Shown piece after piece: positions 25,673 to 37,900 of a stretch of 64,000 nt of DNA. The stretch lies in the NCBI RefSeq assembly GCF_000150275.1, contig NW_002060962.1:923205-987204 (forward strand), in the 5' to 3' direction. The notes below the pieces were generated by a model. It did not search any database. It was not told where the DNA came from and was given only the letters and a program-made list of their open reading frames with translations. Positions within the stretch are counted from its first letter, which is position 1. Each line of letters starts with the position of its first letter. Source of the stretch: Trichoplax adhaerens (lineage: Eukaryota; Animalia; Placozoa). Position numbers and translations under genes: made by a program.

Positions 25673-27104
25673 CTAAAAAATTAGAGCTACAAGCTAAGAT
25701 CGAGATTATTGTTTTCATCCTTGATTAAGCACTTATTTATCGTTTTTTGCACAAATCATGTATTAACTTATTTGCAGGTTTTTTTTAAAGTCTATGACGC
25801 TTTTAAATTCTTGACAGATCCATATTTGTTTAACCTCATTCTTATAATAGAAATAGTTTTCAATCCATTTTTTAGATCCAATGCACATGATCTTAAGATT
25901 TTAGCTTCTCTCGTCTTACAGTAGCTATCGCAAGTAGATTGCTAGTAGTACCTGCTATTATTTACTAATACAATACGATATTTATAAAATTTGAAATTGA
26001 TTAGTAATTAAAAAGATGCTTTAAAATCGGGCACGAGCTATCGAGACTATAGTGTACGTTATACTTCTGTCTCAATGGTTCAATCTCAGTCACCTTAATA
26101 TATGTTTGGATCAAAATTTTTATATGGCATCTGTGGTTACAATTTCTATTTACTATAACGCCATTGAGTACGGTAATTAAAGTTGTACTACTCTTTCCAA
26201 TGGCCCTACTGTAGCATAAATTTTTACTATTGCTGTAATTTATACATGCTGCAACGACAAACAGCTGTACTGAAGTATTATTTTACCATTTATCCTATGT
26301 GCTTTCTGTAATATAGCAGATCTAAAAAAGAAGTGTACAATTTCACAATGTGAATCCACCTTACTATGCGATTAACTGCAATATGAATTATATTGAATAT
26401 CGCTAGTGATTGTTTTTAAAATGTGCTTATCGAGCATTATAAATTTATCAAGATATCAATTTATTTCATGCTATGACCATTTCCTTATTTTCGAAATATC
26501 TAGTACGAAATGTTAATCTTTATTCCTGTCAAGTATACCGGCATTTTTATACTCCATTATCAACAGGTATCAGTATTATTGTTAACATACGCGTAACGTA
26601 TACTCAGTAATACAATCAATAAAGATACCAGCTCTACATTTGAAGGACAAATCAGGTAGCAATTTTATAAACTGAACGTAATAAGTTATCATGGAATAAT
26701 TCATAAAGTATCACAAGCATTTTTTTTGGCTAATACATCATACAATTACATTGGAATTTATGATAAAATCATCAACTATCACAATTATTAATCCTGTAAC
26801 TGCGTATATTCAATATTTACAACCGGTAACAACATTAGCTGTAGTTGAATAAAATTTTCTAAGAATAAAAACAATACGGGAGTACTTCATTTTATGTATG
26901 TCTATAAATGACACAGTTTGAATCAGAAATGCGATGTAATAATTTGCATTGGGTAATAAAGACCATTTATTCTGTCAGTTCATATAAAGCTAAATTTAAA
27001 TATCATATCAGATAATGGTAGCTATCAACCAGTGATACCAGTTGCTGTATAGACTATCTTATACATTCCATTAATCTATATACCGTACAGTGTATCTAGA
27101 ATCA

Positions 27105-28373
27105 TTAGTCGTCACCATCATCATCATCATCATTTTGATTACGTAGAGAGTCCGACATAACATCACGAATTTGATTTGCAGCTGTAGGATCTTCAGATAA
27201 ATCACTCTTAATAGCTTTAAACTGGGCCAATTTCCACTCTAAACCTAAATCATTTTAATACGTCGAGGAATTTAATATGTTACAAAACAGTATTATGTTG
27301 ATCTTATCGAAGAGAAACTTTATTCTGTGGTATGCTATCACCGTGATTAATTAATTTGGCAAAATCGTATACAATACGCGTCTATCAGTACAGTACTTGC
27401 AAGGAAAGTGAGCAACAGACTTACTATCGATAGTGAGTTTCATGCCTCCAAAACTAAAAGGTCCAATTAATTGCCCCTTTAATTCTCCATTGTTGTAAAC
27501 AAAGATAGTCGGGAGGTTTTTATCTGGATAATTCGGAATAGTAGTTGTAGAAATACTTTTAAGAAACTTGGTTTCGGGAAACTTTTGAGCCAGGGTTGAT
27601 AGATGATTGTTGATTAATTTACATAATGGAATTCTGAATGAAAAATTGAATACAAGGCATTACATTATGGTGATACAGAGTGTTCAAATTTATTTCTTAA
27701 ACTAATGATACAATTGTATAATCTTTGGCTTAATAACAGTAAAATAAGATTGATACCCTGCTTGGTATAGGTGAAGGACTACATTGATGCCTTCTCCAGC
27801 TTTGGTAACTTCCTGAATATAGTCTTGTCCTGAAATTTCTCTGAGATCACCAAATTGTGACCTCTTTACCGTTTCTTGCATTTCTAACAATCGTTTTCGC
27901 CTAATATGAATATATATGTTAAAAATAGCGTACGGTTATGGTGTCCAATTGGGATTTGATTTTAATTGTAACAAATTTTATCTACACGTATACTACTGTA
28001 CTACTATTAAAATGCATGTCATACAGCTAGAAGGGTAAGCACTGTACGTCTAGTTGCTACGATTTTGGAGTTTCATCCTCTCTACGATACCGTTATTAAG
28101 GGATTTAACTATTGCATGTGTGTATGTGTCATATATATATAAGATAGAAATATATTACTTGTACTCTAGGAAAAATTGCTCGTCTAGATCATCTTCAAAT
28201 TCATCCAGCTCGTCCATGTTCATTTCCTGGTAAGGTTTTCCTTCAGGAGAGACGACATTTTTGTCAGGAGGGGCTATTTCCACTTCTTCCTCCTTTGGCT
28301 CTTCTTTTGGTGGTAAAATGCCTTTTTGGCGTAAGATATCGTTCCATTCTGTGTCTTCGTTAGGATCTTGCAT
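27105..28373 (-). CDS. PDCL3: Phosducin-like protein 3 (Viaf/PhLP2A)
   Basis: Exons 28373-28159, 27900-27757, 27633-27425 and 27244-27105. Motifs: [54 protein letters not shown] and an acidic tail. Confidence 0.95.
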
Positions 28374-30199
28374 CTTGTCTAATCAGACGTACCTAGAATA
28401 GGATGTGCGATATACTCGTCCATCAGTAATCAACCATGATGACTTTTGCAGTCTTGTGCATCATTGCTACAGTCTATGAATCACAGTAAGACTATTGAAC
28501 GCGCATAGTTACAGTCGATGGACAAAATTGAATTTAAAATCATCTAGGCAACTACTAAGTGTCTAACATTATGTGAATTACTGAAATCGGAGATGAAGAT
28601 CATGGCAAGGGATTGTACGCCATTTGTTCATCATTTTTACGTATAAAATAAGCTGTATAGAGATTGAAGACTCGTCGACTGCTGGATCGAAAGAGGTAGT
28701 TTAATTGAAATAGCCCAATAACTGAACTGTTCATCATAGAGTTTTATACCTGGTAAAGCTTGTTTGCAAGTCTATAAGTTGGATGCCTCGGAAAGAGTTG
28801 GAAGAAGACAGCAAATATGAAAGCAAATCCCCGACTGCAGCTGGCAAAATCAATGACCGCCGGATGCCTTGAGGTAAATGGATCGGTGGAGTTGATCGTC
28901 CGATCGAGTATACTACAGTATGGACATTATCGCTATTCTTGAACAGTACCCTATATCTAGTATGACCGCTAGAAGTCAGTACGAAACGTCACAACAGAGA
29001 TAAAGTGAATGACTAAAAATAGTCTAGGTAAAATAACATGTCATGGGTAGCGTTGGAATATTATTGTAAGCTTGTACCCATGACAACTATTTCGCTCGGG
29101 TTAGTCCTTCAGTAGGTGATAGTGATGATACCCTACTATCGACTTACTAGAAGATCGCTTACGAGTAGACTACGGCCAATTCCGTACAGTCTACGGTATA
29201 GTCGCCGATCGAATGGATGGGAATTGATCAGTCTGCCGATGGAATCTGTCATGGTGTTGCTGTACAAATTGCAAGCAAAAATAATGTCGCTATTGCGTCG
29301 TTAGTATGCTACTTACGATGGCCAAACGATAGCAAGGGGATGACAATATTTCTCTTTTACTGTTTTACCCAAATGTGCTTAATAGATGTCGCATAAAGAG
29401 ATCGTACAGCCTTTATGATATACTATAACTTGTTGTCCTAACTTACGACATCTATTTTGCATAAGTGAATGGACTGGTATCAAGTCCACTTTGCATACAT
29501 ACACTACTGTAGTAAGGCAAGGAAAAAAAAAGTTTTGGTGCGGCCGCCATTCTTCTTCAATCCAATCTCTCTCTACTAGAAAGAGAAATTTAAAGAGTAC
29601 TGTGCTTGGATGGTAAGTAGTAACAGTTTATGGATGTTATTGGATAGATTCTAACCCAGATAGTAGGAATAAGGACCTAATATAGCTTGATATTAGTATA
29701 CATTTGGTTGCTGTTGAATTCTGATGGGTGCTGTTGTTATGATTAATAATAATATACAGTATAAGCCAACTGTCTATGACAAATTCCACGTTTATTCTCC
29801 TGCTAGCACTATCAACAATTTTACAATCGCGTTAAAGGCTTGCTGCCATGCTAGTTATAATATGGATAGGCTGCTAGGAGAGACAGTGTAATCCGAGGGC
29901 AGTCTTTAAACATCGATGCAGACACTTTCGATCTTGTACAATTTTTGTTAGCTTGATGACTCCCATTCAAATCGTAATATCGATAGGTGCAATACGTAGA
30001 TATCAGTTATGCGAGTCTACAATTGGAGAATGGCAGTAGAATCGGTTGTTCAAATTTATAGTAATTGCCTAATTTAATAGACTGAAATAAAGCTTCAATA
30101 CGTACCTATGCTAAGCTAGGTACAGCAATCTTTAGCCTTGAAATTGTTGTACTTCATCATCGATATCAAGTTGATTGATTCTATATTAATGGATAACTA

Positions 30200-31285
30200 C
30201 GCGTATTTCTATTTTTCAATTAGTCAGTAATCAACGTTGCATCTATGATTTGATTATAGACTGAAGTAGGTATTATAATAATTATTGACCACATGATATA
30301 TTGATCAATGACAATTTTTCTATTTTTGAATAAGTCAGTAATTCTTTTTTCTCGATCATTGGCTCATATATGTATTCTAATTATTCCTTAGCACATCATC
30401 AATATACTGTATGCATGAATGACTTATTTTCTATTTTGCAGTAAGTCAGTAATTCACTTTACATCGATCATTCGCTCATATATCTATTCTAATTATTTTT
30501 TACAATATCATACATGTACTGATGCATGAATGACTATTTTCTATTTTGTAGTAAGTCAGTAATTCACTTTTCTTCGATCATTTGCTCATATATATCTATT
30601 CTAATTATTGCTTACCACATGATAAATATACTGTATGCATGAATGACTACTTTCTATTTTGCAGTAAGTCAGTAATTCACTTTTCCTCTATCATTTGCTT
30701 ATGTGTGTGTTCTAATTATTACTTATCACATCATGTATAACACTAAAACGATAAAAAGTACAATATGTATTTCCTTACTACATCATACATATACTGTATG
30801 TATGAATGACTATTTTCTATTTTGTTGTAAGTCAGTAATTCACTTTTCCTCTATTATTTGCTTATGTATGTGTTCTAATTATTATTACTTATCACATCAT
30901 ACATAACACTAAAACGATAAAAAGTACAATATGTATTTCCTTACCACGCCATACATATACTGTATGCATGAATGACTATTTTCTATTTTGTTGTAAGTCA
31001 GTAATTTACTTTTCCTCGATCATTAGCTCATATATGTACTATAATTATTCCTTCCACATCATACATATACTGATGCATGAATGACTATTTTCCATTTTGC
31101 AGTAAGTCAGTAATTTACTTTTCCTCGATCATTAGCTCATATGTGTACTATAATTATTCCTTACCACATCATACATATACTGATGCATGAATGACTATTT
31201 TCTATTTTGTGTCTATCTATGTGTTCTAATTATTACTTATCATATCATACACAACACTAAAGCGATAAAAGTACAATATGTATGT
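30200..31285. repeat. Minisatellite of about 9 units, ~110 bp with ~165 bp long variants
   Basis: The core gtaagtcagtaat recurs at 30441, 30551, 30664, 30827, 30993 and 31102, with degenerate copies near 30221 and 30331. Long units carry an extra aacactaaaacgataaaaagtacaatatgtatttcc block. Confidence 0.93.
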
Positions 31286-31455
31286 CAATTAGAGAAAAGA
31301 CAGTTTCAAGCACTTGTTATCCTTGTTACACTGTGAAACAAGGTACAATTTTCACTCGCATTTCATGTGTTGCCTTGCAGAAATAGAATAGCCTCCAACG
31401 TCTAATGGTACATGACAACGACTTTTTGCTATAGGTATAGAGATCTCTATTAGAA

Positions 31456-34400
31456 ATGGACACTGTAACAAGGCTGTCGAGTGTTGATAAAGTCGGTAAG
31501 ACACATGCTAAATTAATACTAGAAATAGGTTGTTTGAATATGCCTTCGTTGTCAGCGATGTAGACCATTGTCGCTGAACTTTACTACCCTAAGCGGATAC
31601 AACGTTAAACGATAATTCATCCATTCTGTATCAATCTTTATGGCAGCTGATGTTAGCTTAATGATAGTGCAAAATTCTATTTTTTCAGTATAAAATGGTC
31701 TTATAAGCTATTATTAACTTTTATCTTAATCGTTGGATGGGTTTAGGTAGCGACGTCGGCAGGTTTCACCTTGAATCTCTAGGGTGTGAAATTAAGATTC
31801 ATAATATATTCTGATTGGTGTCGTACCTTTGCATATTCTGTTAAATCCTTGTGCGAATGCCTAACAATGATATATGCCTTTTATTCAGCAGTCGATCTCA
31901 AAGCCATACTACAGTTTTGGATAACGATGAAATTCAACAACTATTCAATAAATTTGCTACGGTCGTTAATGAAAAGAGATTTCTGAGTTTACGTAAATTT
32001 ATGGCGGTAAGTCGATATAAAAGGTCTTATATGTTCATACAGTGCACAAGATTTATCAAAGCATTGCTCCTGGATCAATGGAACTTTTATCTAGCCTTAA
32101 GTTGTAGCTGATTATGACTTAGCCTAATATTTCAATGATACAATTTTATTATAATTATAGATGATCAGCGAAAGCGGCATTCTGTTAGAAGATCCTCGAC
32201 TTGCTGAGTCTGCTTTAAAAATTGAAGAACAATTGGATAAAGATGAGAATGGACTAATAGATATTGAAACTTTTCGAAAGTAAAATTTTGTTAAATGAAA
32301 TTTAAGTTATAGTATTTTACTAGGATCATGTGTAGTTTAATAGAAATTCTACTATAACGCCAGTTGTGTGTTAATGAGTCGAAAGATGATAATAGTTGTT
32401 TCTTTGTTTTATTTATTTACACCGGCCAATCAACTGCAAGGTGCATTACCGGAAATATTGTTCTTATTATCAAAATTTGGCGAGATGATTTAATTATACC
32501 GAACTTTAAGGAATTTAAAACTATTATAGAAAATGGATACAACAAAGCGAAAGAGCTGAAGGGTGGAAAAGTAATCACTTCGAGAGCTATTTCTATGCTG
32601 TATAAACTGCGTCTGATGTAAATATCTTACCCTAGGCCATGTTGTGTATGTATCACCAAAATAGGTTGCAACTTATATTCCCCAGCTTTCAAGAGCCAGT
32701 CCGGATTATTGGGGTGTATCTATATGCACCATTGACGGACAGAGGTATTGCAAATTAAAAATGTATTCTAATGATTTTTGATAGTTTCTAGTAGTTTCAT
32801 TTATTTAATTTTATTGTCATTTTACGCTATTAGTTACTGTATCAATTACTCCGTTATAATATTGCTAAGTAGAAACTGGGAAGTAAGCTACTTTAGTGAA
32901 ATGTATGAATTATGGCTTATGACAATCTTTCAATAAGGAAGTTTAAAATTATACATTAGATACAATCTAGGCGATTATGATGTTCCTTTTTGCATGCAGT
33001 CCTGTAGCAAGTGTATCAGTTATGCGGTTGCCCTGAATGACTTATCCAGCGACTTCGTAAGAGTTATCTTAGCTAGAGTTAAAAATAAGAAATATATATA
33101 TAGGTCATTTTTTATTGTCGTTCGATAGGAGGTCTGTACGATGCACGTCATTTTATTATTACATACAAAATCAATTTTTTGAAAATTAATAATTTAGGTA
33201 CATCAATTCGTTGGTTATGAACCAAGTGGAGCAGTATTCAACGAATTAACGCTTAATGAACAAGGTTAATAGACATCCTAACGAACTTTATTACTTGCAT
33301 ATTTGCGTATGCGTTCAAGTATAATATTTTAAGGATTACAAACACAGCGTAAAGAACATACTTTTCACTTGCGTTGATATAGACCAACCACACAGTCCCA
33401 TGATTAATTCTGGTGCTATTATGGTTGCTGCATTACATAAGGTATCTTAACTTTTAAACGAATCTATAACGGGATTAATTGTGTATTAATGGAAATTGTT
33501 GTGCTTCAATCTCATGTATTCCATATATCGGTAGCCTGATCAACATCTGAGTGATAGATTTGAATACGTAAGTATTAGATTAAAGTTTCAATTTTAATAG
33601 CATATAGCTGTCTTCATCGATAGCTACCTACAACGAGCTGACATAATTCATTAATTATGTTTTAGATTATAAAGCAATTTAAGAAGGCGGCCGGAGGAGA
33701 ATATGTAGGGTTCGATAATGCGACGTACGTTGATTAAATTATTCGAATAGGGTGTTTCTTACATGTAATATGTAAATGTAAAGCCTTTATCTATCTAGCT
33801 ACAAATAAGTAATAGTTAACGTTCTTTGGGAATGAAGTATAGAATTTTATTTATTGTAGATACATATCAGAAAAGGAAACTGCTGATCGAAATTATGCAC
33901 TAGCTTATTATATGAGAGAGAAGAAGGTAAATATACCATTAACCTTATTTCATTGCATTTGAATCTGAAGTATTTATGTTGTTAGGCTTTCCCACCTAAT
34001 ACTGTATTGGAGGATACCATGAATTTGTACTTTCAACTTTGCTCAACTGAAATTGATTGTTGTAGTGGAGCTGTAATGGCAGCAACATTAGCGAATGGTG
34101 GTATTTGCCCTATAACTGGTGAAAAGGTTACGTATATTTTACGCGTATGGTGATTGATGACGTTGAAAGAAATTTTGTAATGAAATAGAATGACTATTAT
34201 AGCTTAAAGTTGAACCAATCAATTTTAGACATTTAGCCCTATAGCTGTCCGGGATACCTTATCGCAAATGTTTTCGTGTGGCATGTATAACTACTCTGGG
34301 CAATTTGCATTTAAGGTAGTTACGGTGTTTATAATTATAAAAGATATCATGGATACCGTTACATTTACTGTTAGTCATATACGTTGTATATCCACGTAGT

Positions 34401-35783
34401 TTCTATATCTTGCATAAATTTAAAGAGTTGAATTTAATCAAATATTCCTATCTTAGATCGGTTTGCCTGCAAAATCTGGGGTTTCAGGAGCAATATTAAT
34501 AGTTATTCCTAACGTTATGGGTATTTGTGTCTGGTCACCCCCGCTCGACAAGCAAGGCAACAGCGTTAGAGGATTGGAATTCTGCAATGTAATTTATTAG
34601 TACTTGTATACTTAAAAATAGCACGTCGTAATAAGTAAAAGTAATTGGTTACATATTGCCCTGACTACTGAACCTAATGTTTTTACTCAGTCATTAGTAG
34701 AACACTGTCGTTTTCATCGATTTGATAGCTTGCTTAAGCATTCGCAGACGAAGTTCGACCCTACAAATCGGTTTAACGATGATAATACTGGTACACTAAC
34801 TGCGATTCAATACGCCGCTTCACGTGGAGATTTAACGGCACTTAGACGGTATATTACAGTGAACAGCTAAATTCTTTAGATCTTCCTAGATTTCTAGAAT
34901 GCGAGTGATATCTATCCTCATAGATGGATATTTTAGTTTTATTAGCACTAGCAAGGACTACCAAAAAGAAAGACACGGGACAGAAAACGCCTATTCACTA
35001 TACTAATAACATGGAGGCTGATTATTTTTACTGGTCATTTCAACTGCACCGTATATCTGTAGCAGTATGCTATACTGTCCGCGATTGACATCCAAATTAG
35101 CTGCAATTAGCCTGCTAAGTTGGTTTTGTGCAGTATGGTATACCGTTTCATCGGTACCGTATAGTAGAATGACCGAAAAACTGATAAACCACTACATTAT
35201 TTACACTAAAGACCGTTTCCTGTCCCATTTCTTTCTTTTTAGTAGTCCCTGATATTGATTTGAGACTAGTTTGATAGTAGATAAAGCCTCTCTTCTGTCA
35301 CCCAGATTGAACGCTAGTAAGATATAATCTTGGGTTTGCAGATATTTTTTAAATGGATATAGACTTGACATTCCTGATTATGATGGGAGAACTGCACTCC
35401 ACCTTGCAGCAATCGGAGGTAAGCAGATACTCTGAAAATGGTACTGTAACAATTTATAATGCTCTTAGATCGGTAAAATTAAAAGATTGTTACTTCCATA
35501 CGTTAAATAGGCCACGTAGCTGCTGTAAGATTTTTAGTGGAGAAATGTGATGTTCCTATTAATTATACAGATAGGTAATGCATTATAAATAAATCATAAT
35601 ACTCGTATATCCAAAATTCACTTTTTAATTTTATTTTAAATGTCATTAATACGAGCTATCATCTATATTTTCCGTAATAGGTGGGGAAACACTCCGCTTG
35701 ATGATGCTAAGAAATTTAACCGGCAACAAGTTATCGATATATTGAATAAGTTTCTTGATTCAGCTTCGAACTTTCCGAGATAG
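31456..35783 (+). CDS. GLS: Glutaminase with C-terminal ankyrin repeats (KGA/GLS type); 5' exon structure tentative
   Basis: About 17 in-frame exons from ~31889 to the TAG at 35783. Motifs: [18 protein letters not shown], catalytic [49 protein letters not shown], and ankyrin [12 protein letters not shown] and [11 protein letters not shown]. Upstream exons 31456-31495 and 31747-31762 are inferred from phase compatibility only. Confidence 0.93.
34952..35251. mobile_element. Foldback MITE-like element in a glutaminase intron
   Basis: Left end caaggactaccaaaaagaaagacacgggacagaaaacg matches the reverse complement of the right end, cagggactactaaaaagaaagaaatgggacaggaaacg (33/38). No TSD is visible. 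Confidence 0.75.
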
Positions 35784-37900
35784 CTGTTGCTTTAGCTTGA
35801 TATTCGGTTTATAGTATTCTAAGTATGATTTCGGAAGAACATATTTGTAAAACGAATTTATACTTTAATCTTTTAATCATACAATTCTATATAAAAATGC
35901 ACTCTAATGCGTCAGTTCTTAACGTATCGCATGGTTGCAATATTACCAAGAGGTTACATGCCTTGATATAAATTGATTGCGATAGCCCATGACTTTCTTA
36001 GTGATAATAGATTGCTTTATTGACTAATTGAAGAAATGTCTCGGGATCGAGATTGAAGGTTTCTTACTGCGCAAACAGTTTATTTATCGTCTTATTCTCG
36101 TATGTATTTTGTATAGATATATGTCGTTATGAAATTAACCATTGTCTAATAAATGCTAGTAATTATTATTATGCTATTAAATAATTATTATTCATTACAA
36201 ACCTTACTGCACGAAGGTAAGGGCGCAATCCTGTTTCTGAAAGCTAATAGTATCGATAATACTTATGTTATGGTGGCAAGTTATAGCAGATGCAGGCATG
36301 AATAATGACTGTTCCGGAAAATCAGATTTATCCATTAACAGTGCTACCTATATTAGTCACTTTAAAGGCATGCATGACTTTGAGATGTTATACAGTAACA
36401 TAGAAATTTTCATACCAGATTTTGTGCTAATAGTAATTGCAACATTAATTAACTAAAGTGTGCTATATTTTATTGTGTTGTAATTGTATTAGCCAGTGTG
36501 ATGCTCTACTATAACAGACACTGATTTTAAAATGATAATTTATGTCATCGCTTTAAAAATCAGAATCTTCTACCAAAACATTACCGGAGCTAGCATGTTC
36601 GGTAACGATTATGTGTATTAATTTCTAGCTTATACACTCCAATATAAGGTAAGATAAATTATAAGCTATCAAGATATTTTCCAGCCCTGTAATTATTTGC
36701 AACAGCTTATTTTAGCATATGATAGATACCATTAATGCTTTATGTGAAGTGATGAAGAATTAAGAAATAAATCATATAACCCATAAATATCTTAAAGGAA
36801 TTAATAGATTTTTTACGTAATATCTCTGGATTACTTAAATCAGGGCGGATCTTGATGTTGATGATTTTATGACTTCAATGCTAAGTAACTAATAGTGTCA
36901 TGAATATTCAATTTGATTACTTTAGACCGTTGTACGTCACGATAACTGTGAAAAAATAAGATTGAACAATATAAAACCATTTCGATGACCTCTTTCAATT
37001 CTCATCCGCTTTTAGATTAATTTTACTGCCTAAGATTGATATTTGCACTCATTGACTCATTGATGACAACGAACTGCTTATAGCTCACGATAGGGTAAAC
37101 ATCGAAGGTATATTAATAATAAAGTTAGGAATGAGTTAACTACATTATTCATTATGATCTAAATTGACTAAACTACGAAAGATGACTAAATTTCAAGTCT
37201 TCATCATTGTTAGAGAAGCATTATAGTTCAGGTAACTCGTTGAATACTACTTAACATGTGATAAATATTATTAAAATTGAATAGTTACGTCAGTTGCATA
37301 CTATTAGTCATCGTCAGCAATGTAATCTAATATCAGTAATTTATATCAAGACGCTTAATCATGTCATGTAATTAGCTAATACAATATACTGTATTAATGA
37401 AGTTGAATATTAATAAGTTTGTTATTTATTGATTCATCATTGTTGACAATAATAGATTGAAATAAAAATTATCTTTCCACCATCCTAGGTAAATAGATTT
37501 AGAGAACGTAATGAATAAAGTGTCCGGAGTTGTATCCGTTGCAGATTAGTACTTGATAGCGACACTATAACAGCCATTGATGATTTTATTTTTCGCTGAC
37601 TTAACCCTGAGAATGATATTATAGGTCAAGGTTAGGGATACAATTCTTTAAAGGCTATATCCAATTCTCTCATACTAAATCAACCTTTTCTTGAGTGCTG
37701 TACTTTTAGTCAATATCACAGTAGATATCCGCAAGTGCTGAAAGGGACAAGGTCATTTTTGCGAACTTAGGGAAAAGAGAGCCAATTCATTTCATTTTCT
37801 TCTTTAATCGTCTAAGTTTTATTATTTTTGTGCATATTTTTATTACCGGATGTGGTTATTATTTATGGTTAGATAGAGAATGATATGATTATCTTCAATC

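Noticed and set aside
28783-28872. Short ORF MPRKELEEDSKY... as the glutaminase first exon
   Set aside because: It hits TGA just before the splice donor; only the overlapping frame starting at 28817 stays open.
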